IMG/VR virus record: IMGVR_UViG_3300045988_086138
DNA length: 64,000 bases
From: a virus
Direction: 5' to 3' (one strand)
Part shown: positions 38,982-48,333 of the stretch, in pieces
Layout: each line of letters begins with the position of its first letter
How positions within the stretch are numbered: the first letter of the stretch is position 1
Made by a program: the position numbers and the translations under genes
Notes under the pieces: generated by a model
Databases searched by the model: none
The model's input: only the letters and a program-made list of their open reading frames with translations
What the model was told of the DNA's origin: nothing

Positions 38982-39563
38982 ATGGCAAAAAAGAGCAAAA
39001 AAGACATGAAAGCCCCATCCAAAGAGAAATCAAGTTTCTTGGGTGCATCAGGGAGAAACATGACTTACAAGGATTTAAAGAGAAAGGCTATCATATTGGG
39101 TATGCCTTTTCCAGATGCTTGTTCTGCCGGAGTTTTTGATTTACTACATTACATTCAATCATCAGAAGAAAAACCTGATAAATCATTGATTGATAAATAT
39201 GATGATTGGATGGATAAGCAACTTGAAAACATTGGCTATTCAAAAGAAGACCCATTAAGAAATTCAAGATTAAGGCTTGGGTTTCTTGGAGAAGAAGGGG
39301 ATAATGGGAAAAGAAAAACAAAAAGAGTCCCTGGAATAAAGAAACCTCGAGAAAAAAAGCCACCAAGAGAAAGGGACGAATTTAATCTTATCAAGGGAAC
39401 TAAGAAATCCTACGTATGGGAATTAACTGCAAAGGGTTTTGAACTTGATAGGATTATTCGGAGAATGAAGAAGAAATTCCCTGAAGCAAACGAGAAATCT
39501 ATTAATCTTTGGTATAGAATGGCAAAGAGGACTATCAATGGTAAAGCTAAAGGAAGGAAATAA
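38982..39563 (+). CDS. basic Lys/Arg-rich protein
   Basis: 193 aa, starting MAKKSKKDMKAPSKEK, with GKRKTKRVPGIKKPREKKPPRER. Has its own promoter. Confidence 0.6.
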   Translation: MAKKSKKDMKAPSKEKSSFLGASGRNMTYKDLKRKAIILGMPFPDACSAGVFDLLHYIQSSEEKPDKSLIDKYDDWMDKQLENIGYSKEDPLRNSRLRLGFLGEEGDNGKRKTKRVPGIKKPREKKPPRERDEFNLIKGTKKSYVWELTAKGFELDRIIRRMKKKFPEANEKSINLWYRMAKRTINGKAKGRK

Positions 39564-40101
39564 TGGACCAATAAGACCAGATAGGTATTATATATGGACA
39601 TGGAGACCAGATACCACTAATAAGTATGTAACTGAGAAAAGTTTATACAGGAAACATTTAACCGGTATACCCTATTTCTCTAGACATCATATTAAGGTTA
39701 CCTTAGTTTATATTTATGGGGTAGATGTCTTACGGTATATCCATATTATATCTGGAAGGAAACTAATAAGGCAAGGTATTAGAGAATTATCCGACATGAA
39801 TGGTAACCGATTCAAATGGGGTTACACTAAATTCTGGTATAAGGGTAAATTCGTAAAAGCGAAGAAATTCATAATACCCGATGAATATCATATAGATAAA
39901 CATAGGAGGCGAAGATTCATGGTTCAAATGCACCGGGTCTTTAAATCTAAAGGAAGAAAGGAATTCGATGAAAGGTACTCAATTAAACTCTATGGACAAC
40001 GGCAGGGCATATCTACCGAGCATCTCCACAAAAAGAGATTACAGGTCCGTCTTGTTATCCTACAGGATTTACAACAGGCTGAATCAAGAGGAGAAGAATA
40101 A
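39538..40101 (+). CDS. hypothetical basic protein
   Basis: 187-aa ORF that overlaps its neighbours. Confidence 0.45.
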   Translation: MVKLKEGNNGPIRPDRYYIWTWRPDTTNKYVTEKSLYRKHLTGIPYFSRHHIKVTLVYIYGVDVLRYIHIISGRKLIRQGIRELSDMNGNRFKWGYTKFWYKGKFVKAKKFIIPDEYHIDKHRRRRFMVQMHRVFKSKGRKEFDERYSIKLYGQRQGISTEHLHKKRLQVRLVILQDLQQAESRGEE

Positions 40102-40513
40102 GTTTAATCTTCTATTCTTACAGTACCCTCCATTGGTAAGTTCACTAGCTTTATATTTAAGAAAGAAAATGAACATCCCAATACAGAAGGTACTATTTAT
40201 CAAAGCACAAAGGGATATGCTTGATATATTCGATGAGGCATCACTTAAATTTATGGGGTATTTGCCAAAAGAAAGGTTCATCAAGAAATCACTTTTGTTC
40301 CAAGGGTTTATATCATTGGAGGGTATTAAGCTTAGAAGTTCTTATGCTTATATAATGACTAATAGGATGATAGAAAATAAGATATGGGTATACCCAATTC
40401 GACTATCAGATAACTATAAATCAATACAAAAGGGGAAATACAAATTCTATACCGAAGTATTTGGTAAGGTTGGTATTCCCGGAATAACTAAAATTAGGTA
40501 TAGCAATGAATGA
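39968..40513 (+). CDS. hypothetical protein (start uncertain)
   Basis: Overlaps the upstream ORF by 134 nt. An internal ATG at 40169 is an alternative start. Confidence 0.4.
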   Translation: MKGTQLNSMDNGRAYLPSISTKRDYRSVLLSYRIYNRLNQEEKNKFNLLFLQYPPLVSSLALYLRKKMNIPIQKVLFIKAQRDMLDIFDEASLKFMGYLPKERFIKKSLLFQGFISLEGIKLRSSYAYIMTNRMIENKIWVYPIRLSDNYKSIQKGKYKFYTEVFGKVGIPGITKIRYSNE

Positions 40514-40739
40514 TAAATTATCAAAGGTAGGGTTAGTAACACATGGACCCATTAACCCTTTCATAGGTAAGACCTTTAAAAAGGTAACCTACGATAAACA
40601 CCATAAGGAGGTTAAATCCGAAATGGTAACTATAGAATCCCAGATAGAATTGAAAACAACTCTAGATGAGATTAAACAATTTAACAGTGATAACGAAAAT
40701 CCCGGAAACGGTAATTATCAGAAACTTATAACAGAGTGA
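40506..40739 (+). CDS. hypothetical protein
   Basis: 77-aa ORF. Confidence 0.45.
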   Translation: MNDKLSKVGLVTHGPINPFIGKTFKKVTYDKHHKEVKSEMVTIESQIELKTTLDEIKQFNSDNENPGNGNYQKLITE

Positions 40740-40779
40740 TATATTTATTAATTTATTAACCAACTTAAACATTACGAAA

Positions 40780-41265
40780 ATGGCTAAGAAGAAAAAAGAA
40801 GTGGAACTGAAAGAAGTTTCCAGAACAGAAATCAATGGTGCAATTATCATTAAGTACGAAGATGGCTCAGTAAAAATCATCCCGGCTCCCATTACCTTGA
40901 CTGCCGAAGAAGCTGAAGAACTCTTTGGTTCTGAATCCGAAGAGGAAGAAGAGGAAGAAGAGGAAGAAGAGGAAGAAGAGGAAGAAGAGGAAGAGGAAGA
41001 GGAAGAAGAGGAAGAAGAGGAAGAAGAGGAAGAGGAAGAGGAAGAAGAGGAAGAAGAGGAAGAGGAACTGACCGGTGAAGACCTTGCCGAAATGGACTTC
41101 GAAGAACTCGAAGATGTCTGCGATGACAAAGAACTCGAAACCGATCCGGACGATTACGAAGAAGACGACATCGAAAAACTTCGTAAGGCAATCGCCAAAG
41201 AATTGGGTCTCAAACTTCCGGCAAAGAAAGAAGCCAAGGGAAAGGGCAAAAAGGGAAAAAAGTAA
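40780..41265 (+). CDS. extremely acidic protein with 43 consecutive glutamates
   Basis: Residues 54-96 are all Glu. The C-terminus is acidic then basic (KGKGKKGKK). Has its own terminator. Confidence 0.6.
   Translation: MAKKKKEVELKEVSRTEINGAIIIKYEDGSVKIIPAPITLTAEEAEELFGSESEEEEEEEEEEEEEEEEEEEEEEEEEEEEEEEEEEEEEEEEEEELTGEDLAEMDFEELEDVCDDKELETDPDDYEEDDIEKLRKAIAKELGLKLPAKKEAKGKGKKGKK
40939..41067 (+). repeat. GAA/GAG codon repeat (129 nt, irregular GAAGAG / GAAGAAGAG units)
   Basis: Read directly from the sequence. It encodes the poly-Glu tract. Confidence 0.95.
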
Positions 41266-41292
41266 GAGACTATGAGGGAAGGAAATATTACT

Positions 41293-41328
41293 GGGAAGGA
41301 GACGACCCAAGGGATGACCTTCCCTTTT
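41293..41328 (+). terminator. hairpin terminator
   Basis: GGGAAGG (41293-41299) / CCTTCCC (41318-41324), followed by TTTT. Confidence 0.65.
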
Positions 41329-41367
41329 AAAACTATTTAGTAACATAACATTTAAAAATTAAAAGAA

Positions 41368-41748
41368 ATGGCAACAAAGAAAGCTGACACCAAGAAAAAA
41401 GGTGACAAAGAAAAGGATGCTGAAAAAGAAGCAAAACGTAAAGCTCGTCAAGAGGCTCTAAAAAACAGACCCGCTGAACAACGTCCTAACAGTAAGCAAA
41501 TTGATATCATTGCAATCAACGACAAATCCAAGGTAATGAACTTTGGTTATGCCGTAAAAAACAAAGAAGGTTATCAGGGCGTAGTAGTTACTTCAGTTTT
41601 GGTTACCGATGGTAAACCGGTATCTACTTCAGTGGCATTCGTTCCCGGAAACTTGACAGTGAAGTCAAAGAAAGGTCATGGCGTTATCTGTTCTCCGAAA
41701 AACAAGAAGAACAAAGAAGGTGATGCCGAAGAGGAAGCTGAAGATTAA
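41368..41748 (+). CDS. Lys-rich N-terminus protein with biased (C-ending) codon usage
   Basis: Starts MATKKADTKKKGDKEKDAEKEAKRKARQ. All eight Asn codons are AAC by my reading. Flanked by terminators. Confidence 0.6.
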   Translation: MATKKADTKKKGDKEKDAEKEAKRKARQEALKNRPAEQRPNSKQIDIIAINDKSKVMNFGYAVKNKEGYQGVVVTSVLVTDGKPVSTSVAFVPGNLTVKSKKGHGVICSPKNKKNKEGDAEEEAED

Positions 41749-41836
41749 TTCACGCTAATACAGCGAGTAATGTATCTGCTAAAGTTTAGTTAATTCATAG
41801 TTAGCAAACATCCTACACTTAGGACGTTGTTCACTC

Positions 41837-41870
41837 AAAAGCTCATTGCCTGTGAAGGTAGTGGGCTTTT
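41837..41870 (+). terminator. hairpin terminator
   Basis: AAAAGCTCAT pairs with GTGGGCTTTT, a 10-bp stem with two G-U pairs, ending in TTTT. Confidence 0.5.
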
Positions 41871-41891
41871 AATCTTTAAAAGGGATACTTT

Positions 41892-42113
41892 ATGGACAAG
41901 GAACAATTAGCAATTCGAAAGAATATTCGAATACTTGCATTAGATAATTTAATAAATACTTATACTGATGCACTAGAAGATAAACAATTAAACCTGGAAC
42001 CCGATGAAAGGGAACTTGCTTTAGATATAATAAATGAAGCAAGAATAATGCTATCAGAAGAAACCCAGGAAGTAGTTAACCCAGTAATACAAAGGCCCAA
42101 ATGGAAGAAGTAA
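41892..42113 (+). CDS. hypothetical protein
   Basis: 73-aa ORF. Confidence 0.45.
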   Translation: MDKEQLAIRKNIRILALDNLINTYTDALEDKQLNLEPDERELALDIINEARIMLSEETQEVVNPVIQRPKWKK

Positions 42114-42469
42114 ATATAAGAACTCTCTTATCAAGTATTAAGATAACCAGAAATGATATTCAGTTTACCCAATACCAAATGAGCGTAGCACTTTCAAAGG
42201 GGAAGAAAGGTGATTGGCAAAGGCATAAGCTAAGGATGGGTTATCTTAAAAGGAAACTAAAAGGTTTGATGGATAAGTTAAACCAAAAACTTAATGGTAT
42301 TATACTTACTGTGTTATATAAGGTTGGAGATAAAACTTATGAACAAACTTTTACTAACATTACTCAGCAAGAAGTAGTGGACATATTGCAAATAAGGGCT
42401 ATTCTGGAAAATGCAAATATAGAAATCCTAGAAATTAAGGAAATCCCAACCCAAATTAGGGAAGTATAA
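42101..42469 (+). CDS. hypothetical protein
   Basis: 122-aa ORF with a short overlap to the upstream gene. Confidence 0.45.
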   Translation: MEEVNIRTLLSSIKITRNDIQFTQYQMSVALSKGKKGDWQRHKLRMGYLKRKLKGLMDKLNQKLNGIILTVLYKVGDKTYEQTFTNITQQEVVDILQIRAILENANIEILEIKEIPTQIREV

Positions 42470-42521
42470 CTATGGTATTATGTAAATCGGAAATTCAATT
42501 ATTCACCAAAATTATAAGAAA

Positions 42522-43067
42522 ATGGCTAAGAAAGAAAAGAAGAGCAAGCCGGAATCTAAGACACCGGAACTCACCAAGGCTAAGAAAGCTTTAGACACTT
42601 ATCTCAAAGAGAACAAGTTGGACCCAACTAAAGATTGGACCAAGGACAAGAAACACGGTAAAAAGGTTACCGAACTTGTAAACAAGCTAAATAAGGAACG
42701 GGATAAGGTCGCTGCTGCTTACCCTGAAGGTGACAAAGAGAATACCAAGAAATTGGTAAAACTTAGTAAAGAAAAAGGGAAAGAGAAGTCTGAAACCAAA
42801 GAGAAGAAAGAAAAGAAATCTGCCGGTAAAGCTGCTACCAAATATGATTATCCTCTTATCGATGGCCAGGAGATGACTTCTGCCGAAAAAAAGAAATATC
42901 GTATGGAGCAAAGAAAGCTTGCTTCAGGAAAGGCTCCTAAGGAAACGAAGGAAACCAAAGAGAAAAAGGAAAAGAAGGTAAAAGAAAAACCTGCTCCTGC
43001 TCCGGAAAAGAAAGAGAAAAAGGCCAAAGATAAAAAGAAGAAAAAGGCCGTAAAAGAAGAGGATTAA
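42522..43067 (+). CDS. highly charged Lys/Glu-rich low-complexity protein
   Basis: 181 aa dominated by KEKK-type repeats (KEKGKEKSETKEKKEKK, KETKETKEKKEKKVKEK, EKKEKKAKDKKKKK). Followed by a strong terminator. Confidence 0.6.
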   Translation: MAKKEKKSKPESKTPELTKAKKALDTYLKENKLDPTKDWTKDKKHGKKVTELVNKLNKERDKVAAAYPEGDKENTKKLVKLSKEKGKEKSETKEKKEKKSAGKAATKYDYPLIDGQEMTSAEKKKYRMEQRKLASGKAPKETKETKEKKEKKVKEKPAPAPEKKEKKAKDKKKKKAVKEED

Positions 43068-43101
43068 TCCCTTTTATATAAGTATTCGTTAATAATGAAA
43101 A

Positions 43102-43135
43102 AGGCCTGGCAATATTACTTTGTTCAGGCCTTTTT
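43102..43135 (+). terminator. rho-independent terminator
   Basis: AGGCCTG (43102-43108) / CAGGCCT (43125-43131), followed by TTTTT. Confidence 0.75.
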
Positions 43136-43155
43136 ATTTACCCATACTTAATTAT

Positions 43156-43998
43156 ATGGAACAAGAAGTATATAAACCAAAACTGAGAATCACTACACTA
43201 TCAGAGAATGGTACCCCTTTATCAGATAGGTTAGTAGATGCTTATACTGAGATGAACTCAGGTCCAAAGATACAGCATAAGGGTCCTATAAGAGTAGAAG
43301 TAACTCTTACTAATAAACAAGATGTAGATAACTTTAAAGAATACTTAGATAGGTTAATTGGGGTATTACCTGCTAAGGCTCCAACTGCTGGTAGAGGAAG
43401 ACCTGCAGGGACTACAGTTAAAAATCTTGAATCACCCAGGGAAGACATTCTTGCAGATGTAGAGAAAATGGTTGAAGAAGGTAAAAGCCAACAGGAGATT
43501 ATTAAATACCTAAGAGAATTAGGATTTATATTTATCCTTACGGAGGACTTTCTTTATCACTTTCCCGGATTCGAATTCGATAAGAAGGATGTTGGAGAAG
43601 CAACCGACAATAAGCAATATCCCAACTCATTCTCCTGGATGGCAAGATGTATCAAACGTGCCAAAGACCCAAAGGCAGATAAATTCGACCCGATGGTCAT
43701 CTTCGGTTTTAGCATCCTTAACGGACCATCGAAAAAGATTATTCCGTACTTGTATAAAGAAAGGAAAAAACCTCTAAGGGCACAAACTGGAAAGAACGTA
43801 TTATCTTTTTCTCAAGCAGAATTTACTAAACTTCCTAAGTATATGCTTGAAGAAGAACGTATTAAATTCTCTACAGAGCAAAGGCAATTGCTCCTCAATC
43901 CAGAAAAGAAACCATCTAAGTTCTTTATGCGTTGGTATCGGGATGTAATATTCCCAGATTCTATCAAGGATAAAATAGAAGAGGCAATCAACCGATAA
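43156..43998 (+). CDS. hypothetical protein with AT-hook-like GRGRPAG
   Basis: ATG 43156. The TTG at 43120 in the ORF track lies inside the terminator hairpin. Confidence 0.5.
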   Translation: MEQEVYKPKLRITTLSENGTPLSDRLVDAYTEMNSGPKIQHKGPIRVEVTLTNKQDVDNFKEYLDRLIGVLPAKAPTAGRGRPAGTTVKNLESPREDILADVEKMVEEGKSQQEIIKYLRELGFIFILTEDFLYHFPGFEFDKKDVGEATDNKQYPNSFSWMARCIKRAKDPKADKFDPMVIFGFSILNGPSKKIIPYLYKERKKPLRAQTGKNVLSFSQAEFTKLPKYMLEEERIKFSTEQRQLLLNPEKKPSKFFMRWYRDVIFPDSIKDKIEEAINR

Positions 43999-44048
43999 CC
44001 CCTACCTCAGTAATTATTAAAAGAGTATTTTATATAAAATAAATTTCG

Positions 44049-44060
44049 TATATTTGCATA
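44049..44060 (+). promoter_or_regulatory. TATATTTGCATA promoter
   Basis: AAATTTCGTATATTTGCATAAAGAAA, 15 nt upstream of ATG 44075. Confidence 0.6.
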
Positions 44061-44074
44061 AAGAAAATTTAATT

Positions 44075-44446
44075 ATGGACAAAGAAACAAAAGACATCAT
44101 CAAGCTAATTGCTGGCATTCAGATTGAATCTCTAAATTCAATCAAGGAAGAGGTATCTAATGGCAATAACATTGCCAATGACTTAATCAAGAAACTTCTT
44201 CAGATTGATAATGATGAAATCATCCTGGCATTAGATGAACACATACAATTATATGTGGATATTGAACAAACACCCCAATTAATTCAAACAATCTCAGAAT
44301 ATCAGATGCTGGTATGCTCACATATCCTATTCCGTATGGAAGATGAATGGGTACATACCAATTCTCAAGGAGTATTGGGAACTTGGGCAATATTCCAGAA
44401 GTCACATCTTAAATTTCATCCTGAATTAACACTTTTAAAATTTTAA
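44075..44446 (+). CDS. hypothetical protein
   Basis: ATG 44075 is preferred to the TTG at 44054. Confidence 0.5.
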   Translation: MDKETKDIIKLIAGIQIESLNSIKEEVSNGNNIANDLIKKLLQIDNDEIILALDEHIQLYVDIEQTPQLIQTISEYQMLVCSHILFRMEDEWVHTNSQGVLGTWAIFQKSHLKFHPELTLLKF

Positions 44447-44453
44447 TATAGAC
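44441..44453 (+). promoter_or_regulatory. start-proximal motif TTTTAATATAGAC
   Basis: Ends directly at ATG 44454. It overlaps the stop of the upstream gene. Confidence 0.5.
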
Positions 44454-44720
44454 ATGGAAAAGAACGAATACTTAGAATCAGTTGAAATGAACACTGGAGT
44501 TGAAATGATTCCTTGTGAATCCTCTAACATTGAGGGCTTTGGTTATGACTCAAAGAAACAACAACTTTGGGTTGCTTTTAAAAATAACCGGGTATATCGC
44601 TATGATAAGGTACCTTACGAAATCTGCAATGGTTTACACCAATCAGAATCCAAAGGTAAATATTTGAACAGTAATATCAAGGATAAGTTTAAAACTACCG
44701 GATATGAACTCAGGAACTAA
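44454..44720 (+). CDS. KTSC domain protein
   Basis: SSNIEGFGYDSKKQQLWVAFKNNRVYRYDKVPYEICNGLHQSESKGKYLNSNIK matches the KTSC domain pattern. Confidence 0.65.
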   Translation: MEKNEYLESVEMNTGVEMIPCESSNIEGFGYDSKKQQLWVAFKNNRVYRYDKVPYEICNGLHQSESKGKYLNSNIKDKFKTTGYELRN

Positions 44721-45192
44721 GGTTACAAAAAGTCTTTTAATTGCCATGGGAGCAATGCTACTTTACTTGGGGACTAAATATAATGCCCCTACAGAAGAAG
44801 TGAGCATTGCTCCTTCTGAGTTTAATAGGCCCGAACCATTAGATATAAAACCAAAGATATCTAAGCAATGGTATAAATATAGGGTAGAAATAGAGACGAT
44901 TCCAGAAAATCAATTATATAAGATTGAGAAATCTGGATACCAGCAATATGAGGTTTCTAGATTAGGTGAATCTTACTCTTATGTAACCTATGAATTTACA
45001 TCGGACAAGATAATGACTACCGAAGAAGCTTATGAATTCGTAAAGAAATATCCTGAAAAATGTACTCGGGTACCCAATACTAAAACCGAAAACATTTATG
45101 ATAGGTATAATGACGAATACGAAGATTATATCAATGACCCAGAGGACGAAATTAATTATCCTCCAGAGGTCTTTGACTTCCTAGCCGATTAA
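44704..45192 (+). CDS. hypothetical protein with N-terminal transmembrane segment
   Basis: SLLIAMGAMLLYLG hydrophobic N-terminus and an acidic C-terminus. Confidence 0.5.
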   Translation: MNSGTKVTKSLLIAMGAMLLYLGTKYNAPTEEVSIAPSEFNRPEPLDIKPKISKQWYKYRVEIETIPENQLYKIEKSGYQQYEVSRLGESYSYVTYEFTSDKIMTTEEAYEFVKKYPEKCTRVPNTKTENIYDRYNDEYEDYINDPEDEINYPPEVFDFLAD

Positions 45193-45248
45193 CCTTAGCA
45201 AATATAAAAATTTATTCGATTTATTTTTTGTATTAAAAATATTATTCG

Positions 45249-45260
45249 TATATTTGCATA
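45249..45260 (+). promoter_or_regulatory. TATATTTGCATA promoter with upstream TTTG (-33-like)
   Basis: TTTTGTATTAAAAATATTATTCGTATATTTGCATAGAGAAA. Confidence 0.65.
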
Positions 45261-45280
45261 GAGAAATCAATTTACTAACA

Positions 45281-45293
45281 TTTTAATATAGAC
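45281..45293 (+). promoter_or_regulatory. start-proximal motif TTTTAATATAGAC
   Basis: 3 nt upstream of ATG 45297. Confidence 0.5.
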
Positions 45294-45296
45294 GTT

Positions 45297-45785
45297 ATGA
45301 AAAAGAATGAAAACAAGGTTACTAACCTTATCAGCAACAAAGTTGCAGAACAACTTGAAGGCATTAAGAATGCTAAGACTTCTAAGGCTTCTAAAGAAAA
45401 GGCCAAAAAGACTAAAAAGGAATTGGTAGAAAATGCTCAAGAGGCTGCCAAATCCTTTGCCAATGCTAAATTGGTAGAACTCACTCCAAAGGAAAAACCT
45501 GCCAAATCTAAAAAGGAACAGGTAGTCAAGGAGGTAAAAGAACAACAGAAACCTTCCATTATCGAACAGGTAATCTCCAACCGAGAAGTAAAATACGTAT
45601 ACCCCGAGGATGTAGTAGACACACTTGCCCGGAAGAAATGGAGACAACAAACTCGTAATGAACTCCATCGATTGGAACTTGCCATGGCACGTATCAAGGA
45701 TTCTAACTCAAAGGAATTCAAGGCTGCGGCTAAGGCATACGAGGACTTTAAGAAAAAGGTCCTCAAACCAGAACAAGTTGCATAA
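45297..45785 (+). CDS. Lys-rich charged protein
   Basis: 162 aa with KTSKASKEKAKKTKKE and KEKPAKSKKEQVVKEVKEQQK. Has its own promoter and terminator. Confidence 0.6.
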   Translation: MKKNENKVTNLISNKVAEQLEGIKNAKTSKASKEKAKKTKKELVENAQEAAKSFANAKLVELTPKEKPAKSKKEQVVKEVKEQQKPSIIEQVISNREVKYVYPEDVVDTLARKKWRQQTRNELHRLELAMARIKDSNSKEFKAAAKAYEDFKKKVLKPEQVA

Positions 45786-45798
45786 CCCTTTACTAACC

Positions 45799-45828
45799 AA
45801 GTGCCTGGGATAAATGACCTGGGCACTT
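45799..45828 (+). terminator. hairpin terminator
   Basis: 11-bp stem AAGTGCCTGGG / CCTGGGCACTT with two G-U pairs and an 8-nt loop. The T tract is weak. Confidence 0.5.
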
Positions 45829-45841
45829 TAATTCATACAAA

Positions 45842-46141
45842 ATGGATTACACTATCTTCTCTGATAAGGAGATGCTTAAACAGGATAAAGAACTTGTCGA
45901 ATTACATAAACGTTGTTGTAAGTCTTGGCTGGTTCAGCATTCACTTAAGCATTCTAAGATTAAGAAGTTCTTCATAGTTTATGATTGGTATATCAACCCT
46001 CATAACGTAAGGAGCTTCTTTTTTAGGCCTATACACATCTTTATTCAAGCATTGCTATTAGGGCAGCTTGATGACATATCTGATTACATAGACAATAACA
46101 AAAATGGAAAACGAAAGAAGAAACGGAATCGAAAGATATAA
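45842..46141 (+). CDS. hypothetical protein
   Basis: 99-aa ORF. Confidence 0.45.
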   Translation: MDYTIFSDKEMLKQDKELVELHKRCCKSWLVQHSLKHSKIKKFFIVYDWYINPHNVRSFFFRPIHIFIQALLLGQLDDISDYIDNNKNGKRKKKRNRKI

Positions 46142-46403
46142 CGTACTTTACTGCAAGGGTAAATACCAGTATAAATCCAAATATCCTCAGATTGATGCTA
46201 AACACAAAATTGTTTATGCAGGTCCTGTAGAACCTATGGCACCTATCTGGGATAATATTTCTGATATACTTCGGAAGTCAGAAAGGATTTGTACTGAATC
46301 TCGTAGGGAATTAAAGAAGTTAGAGGAACGTTCACAGAACCAATTCTACTTCAAGAAGAATGGTATCACTCACATAATTATATACAAATGTTTGGGACAA
46401 TAG
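46104..46403 (+). CDS. hypothetical protein
   Basis: 99-aa ORF with a 38-nt overlap. Confidence 0.45.
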   Translation: MENERRNGIERYNVLYCKGKYQYKSKYPQIDAKHKIVYAGPVEPMAPIWDNISDILRKSERICTESRRELKKLEERSQNQFYFKKNGITHIIIYKCLGQ

Positions 46404-46741
46404 TAAAAGACCTATATATAGGTAAATCGAAACTGATAATAAAATGTAATCAAAGAGAATTACCACAAACCACCTTAGTAATGGATGTATTACAACCTAC
46501 AGGTTTTACTGGTAATATGCCAGATTATGGTACCTATGGTAATTTACTTACTACTGGTGAATTTGAAATAACTCCAATGATGCCTAAGCATAGGCTTTAT
46601 GTTACGGGTATACCGAAAGGGGCAATCCTTGATAATTTTCGAATTAGAAGGGTTTATTGGTCCTCATACTATGAGGATGATATAAGGGGATATTTATTTC
46701 AGATAACTGATGAACATCCCAAGTTAATAATCACAAAGTAA
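46388..46741 (+). CDS. hypothetical protein
   Basis: 117-aa ORF. Confidence 0.45.
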   Translation: MFGTIVKDLYIGKSKLIIKCNQRELPQTTLVMDVLQPTGFTGNMPDYGTYGNLLTTGEFEITPMMPKHRLYVTGIPKGAILDNFRIRRVYWSSYYEDDIRGYLFQITDEHPKLIITK

Positions 46742-46747
46742 AGTTAT

Positions 46748-47197
46748 ATGGAAGCAATAGATTATGTCAAACTATTTAAACTCGACCAAGAGAATTATGA
46801 TTTCAAAAGGGAAGAGTTTATATCCGAATTAGGTAAAGATTTTCTAGATTATTGCCAAAACACCACTATAGGTATAAATCCAAAGTGCGGATATATCTAT
46901 TATTATCGGTTTAAGGAAATAATAAAGAATTTCGAAACCAAATTCTGGGCAATTTCAAAACTAAAGGTAGGGGGACCATTTACTCAGAAATTATGGAATG
47001 CCTTTTTCGCTACACAGGTAGTACCTCTAAGGAAAAAATTATTCCCAGAGGTACAAAGGTTAATCGAAGAACAGAAAGGGATTATCCAAAATGACCCAAG
47101 GCCTAATAATCCTTACCGTAGTAAACAAGACAAAAAACCTTCGAACCTTAAAAAGGCAAATTATGGTAAGAGAAATCACAGACCTGCATGGGAATAA
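46748..47197 (+). CDS. hypothetical protein
   Basis: 149-aa ORF. Confidence 0.5.
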   Translation: MEAIDYVKLFKLDQENYDFKREEFISELGKDFLDYCQNTTIGINPKCGYIYYYRFKEIIKNFETKFWAISKLKVGGPFTQKLWNAFFATQVVPLRKKLFPEVQRLIEEQKGIIQNDPRPNNPYRSKQDKKPSNLKKANYGKRNHRPAWE

Positions 47198-47441
47198 ATT
47201 TAGGGTAGGGGATTATTCCCTTTGCCTTAAAATCCCTATTACTGGGAAAGGAAATTTGGTATTCACCAGGGACTTAATCTCTGGTGAACCTTTTAATTTA
47301 TTAGTGAATAAGAATAAGTATAAGGGGTATTTCTATAACGTATCTATGAATCTGTATGTAAAATACGATTTAGAGTATAAGGGTTATGATGAAAGCTCGG
47401 ATATTAGAAAATCTCATTTGTATGTCAGAAAAAGAAAATAA
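47163..47441 (+). CDS. hypothetical protein
   Basis: ATG 47163 within ORF-track ORF 47091-47441 minimises overlap. Confidence 0.4.
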   Translation: MVREITDLHGNKFRVGDYSLCLKIPITGKGNLVFTRDLISGEPFNLLVNKNKYKGYFYNVSMNLYVKYDLEYKGYDESSDIRKSHLYVRKRK

Positions 47442-48333
47442 GATTGTAAGATTCCCAAGACCTATGGGGACTACAGCTATGGCATTAGAATATCAAAAGA
47501 ATCCAGATGACAATCTTTTGATGAAGATACATAATTATATCATCAATCAATGGTTGATGGGTAATGGTGTATTATGTGGTATTACGTATGATATTAATAC
47601 TTTCTCATATCGTATGGGTATAGATATTAACTACATACGTGTATTTATGAGGGATAGGCTATTAAGCTCTAGAATATGGGATAAAGATAAGGCAGAAGAC
47701 TTATTGCAAGCATTAATGGGAGAACAATTAGCATGGGCATTAGAAGATCGTATGGAGATAGCTCATCAGGTTAATATCTTAAGAGAATCCCAGGGTGGAA
47801 AGTATATGCCATTTATATCTGCCGAGCTGGGAAAGGCATTGAAATTAAAACTGGAATCCTCTACCTCATTACAGTCTATTGTACGTAATCTTACTGGAGG
47901 AAGTACAACTAATATCTTTGCTCAATTTAATCAACAGAATAATGTAACTCAACAAAATGCTATCACTATTGATGAGGCACGTCAAATTGTATTAGAATCT
48001 CAAAGGATATTAGATAAGACTGAAGAGGCTAAGTTATTAGAGGATAGGTATGATATAGCTTCATTACCTGAAGTAGTTGCTACTAAACAAGAGGGAGTAG
48101 ATACAAGTAAGGAAGGTCTTAACCTTAATAAGCAAGAGCTTATGCAAATTACGGATGACTATAAGGGAGCTATGTCATTATTCCCAGATGAACATCATGA
48201 AATACGTAGAGAAATAGAAATGCGTATAGACCTAGATGAAGAAGACCCAGAACTCTACTTATATGAGGATGAGCCTAAGGAAGAGGATGATGGCTCATTT
48301 GCAGCCCAATTCCTCAGAAATAGGAAGCTCTAG
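47386..48333 (+). CDS. hypothetical protein
   Basis: 315-aa ORF. The start could be 47422. Acidic C-terminus. Confidence 0.5.
   Translation: MMKARILENLICMSEKENKIVRFPRPMGTTAMALEYQKNPDDNLLMKIHNYIINQWLMGNGVLCGITYDINTFSYRMGIDINYIRVFMRDRLLSSRIWDKDKAEDLLQALMGEQLAWALEDRMEIAHQVNILRESQGGKYMPFISAELGKALKLKLESSTSLQSIVRNLTGGSTTNIFAQFNQQNNVTQQNAITIDEARQIVLESQRILDKTEEAKLLEDRYDIASLPEVVATKQEGVDTSKEGLNLNKQELMQITDDYKGAMSLFPDEHHEIRREIEMRIDLDEEDPELYLYEDEPKEEDDGSFAAQFLRNRKL

Noticed and set aside
40662-41346. Four overlapping ORFs: poly-Ser 40662-41129 (-), poly-Leu/Phe 40867-41346 (-), poly-Leu/Pro 40892-41191 (-), and 41075-41275 (+).
   Set aside because: They are frame and strand shadows of the GAA/GAG repeat, which lacks stops in several frames. 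The + strand poly-Glu gene has proper context (own start region and terminator) and a non-repetitive N- and C-terminus.
45267-45826. Two long minus-strand ORFs (133 and 129 aa) antisense to 45297-45785.
   Set aside because: The + strand gene has a promoter, leader motif and terminator. The antisense ORFs are low-complexity shadows of a Lys/Glu-rich gene.
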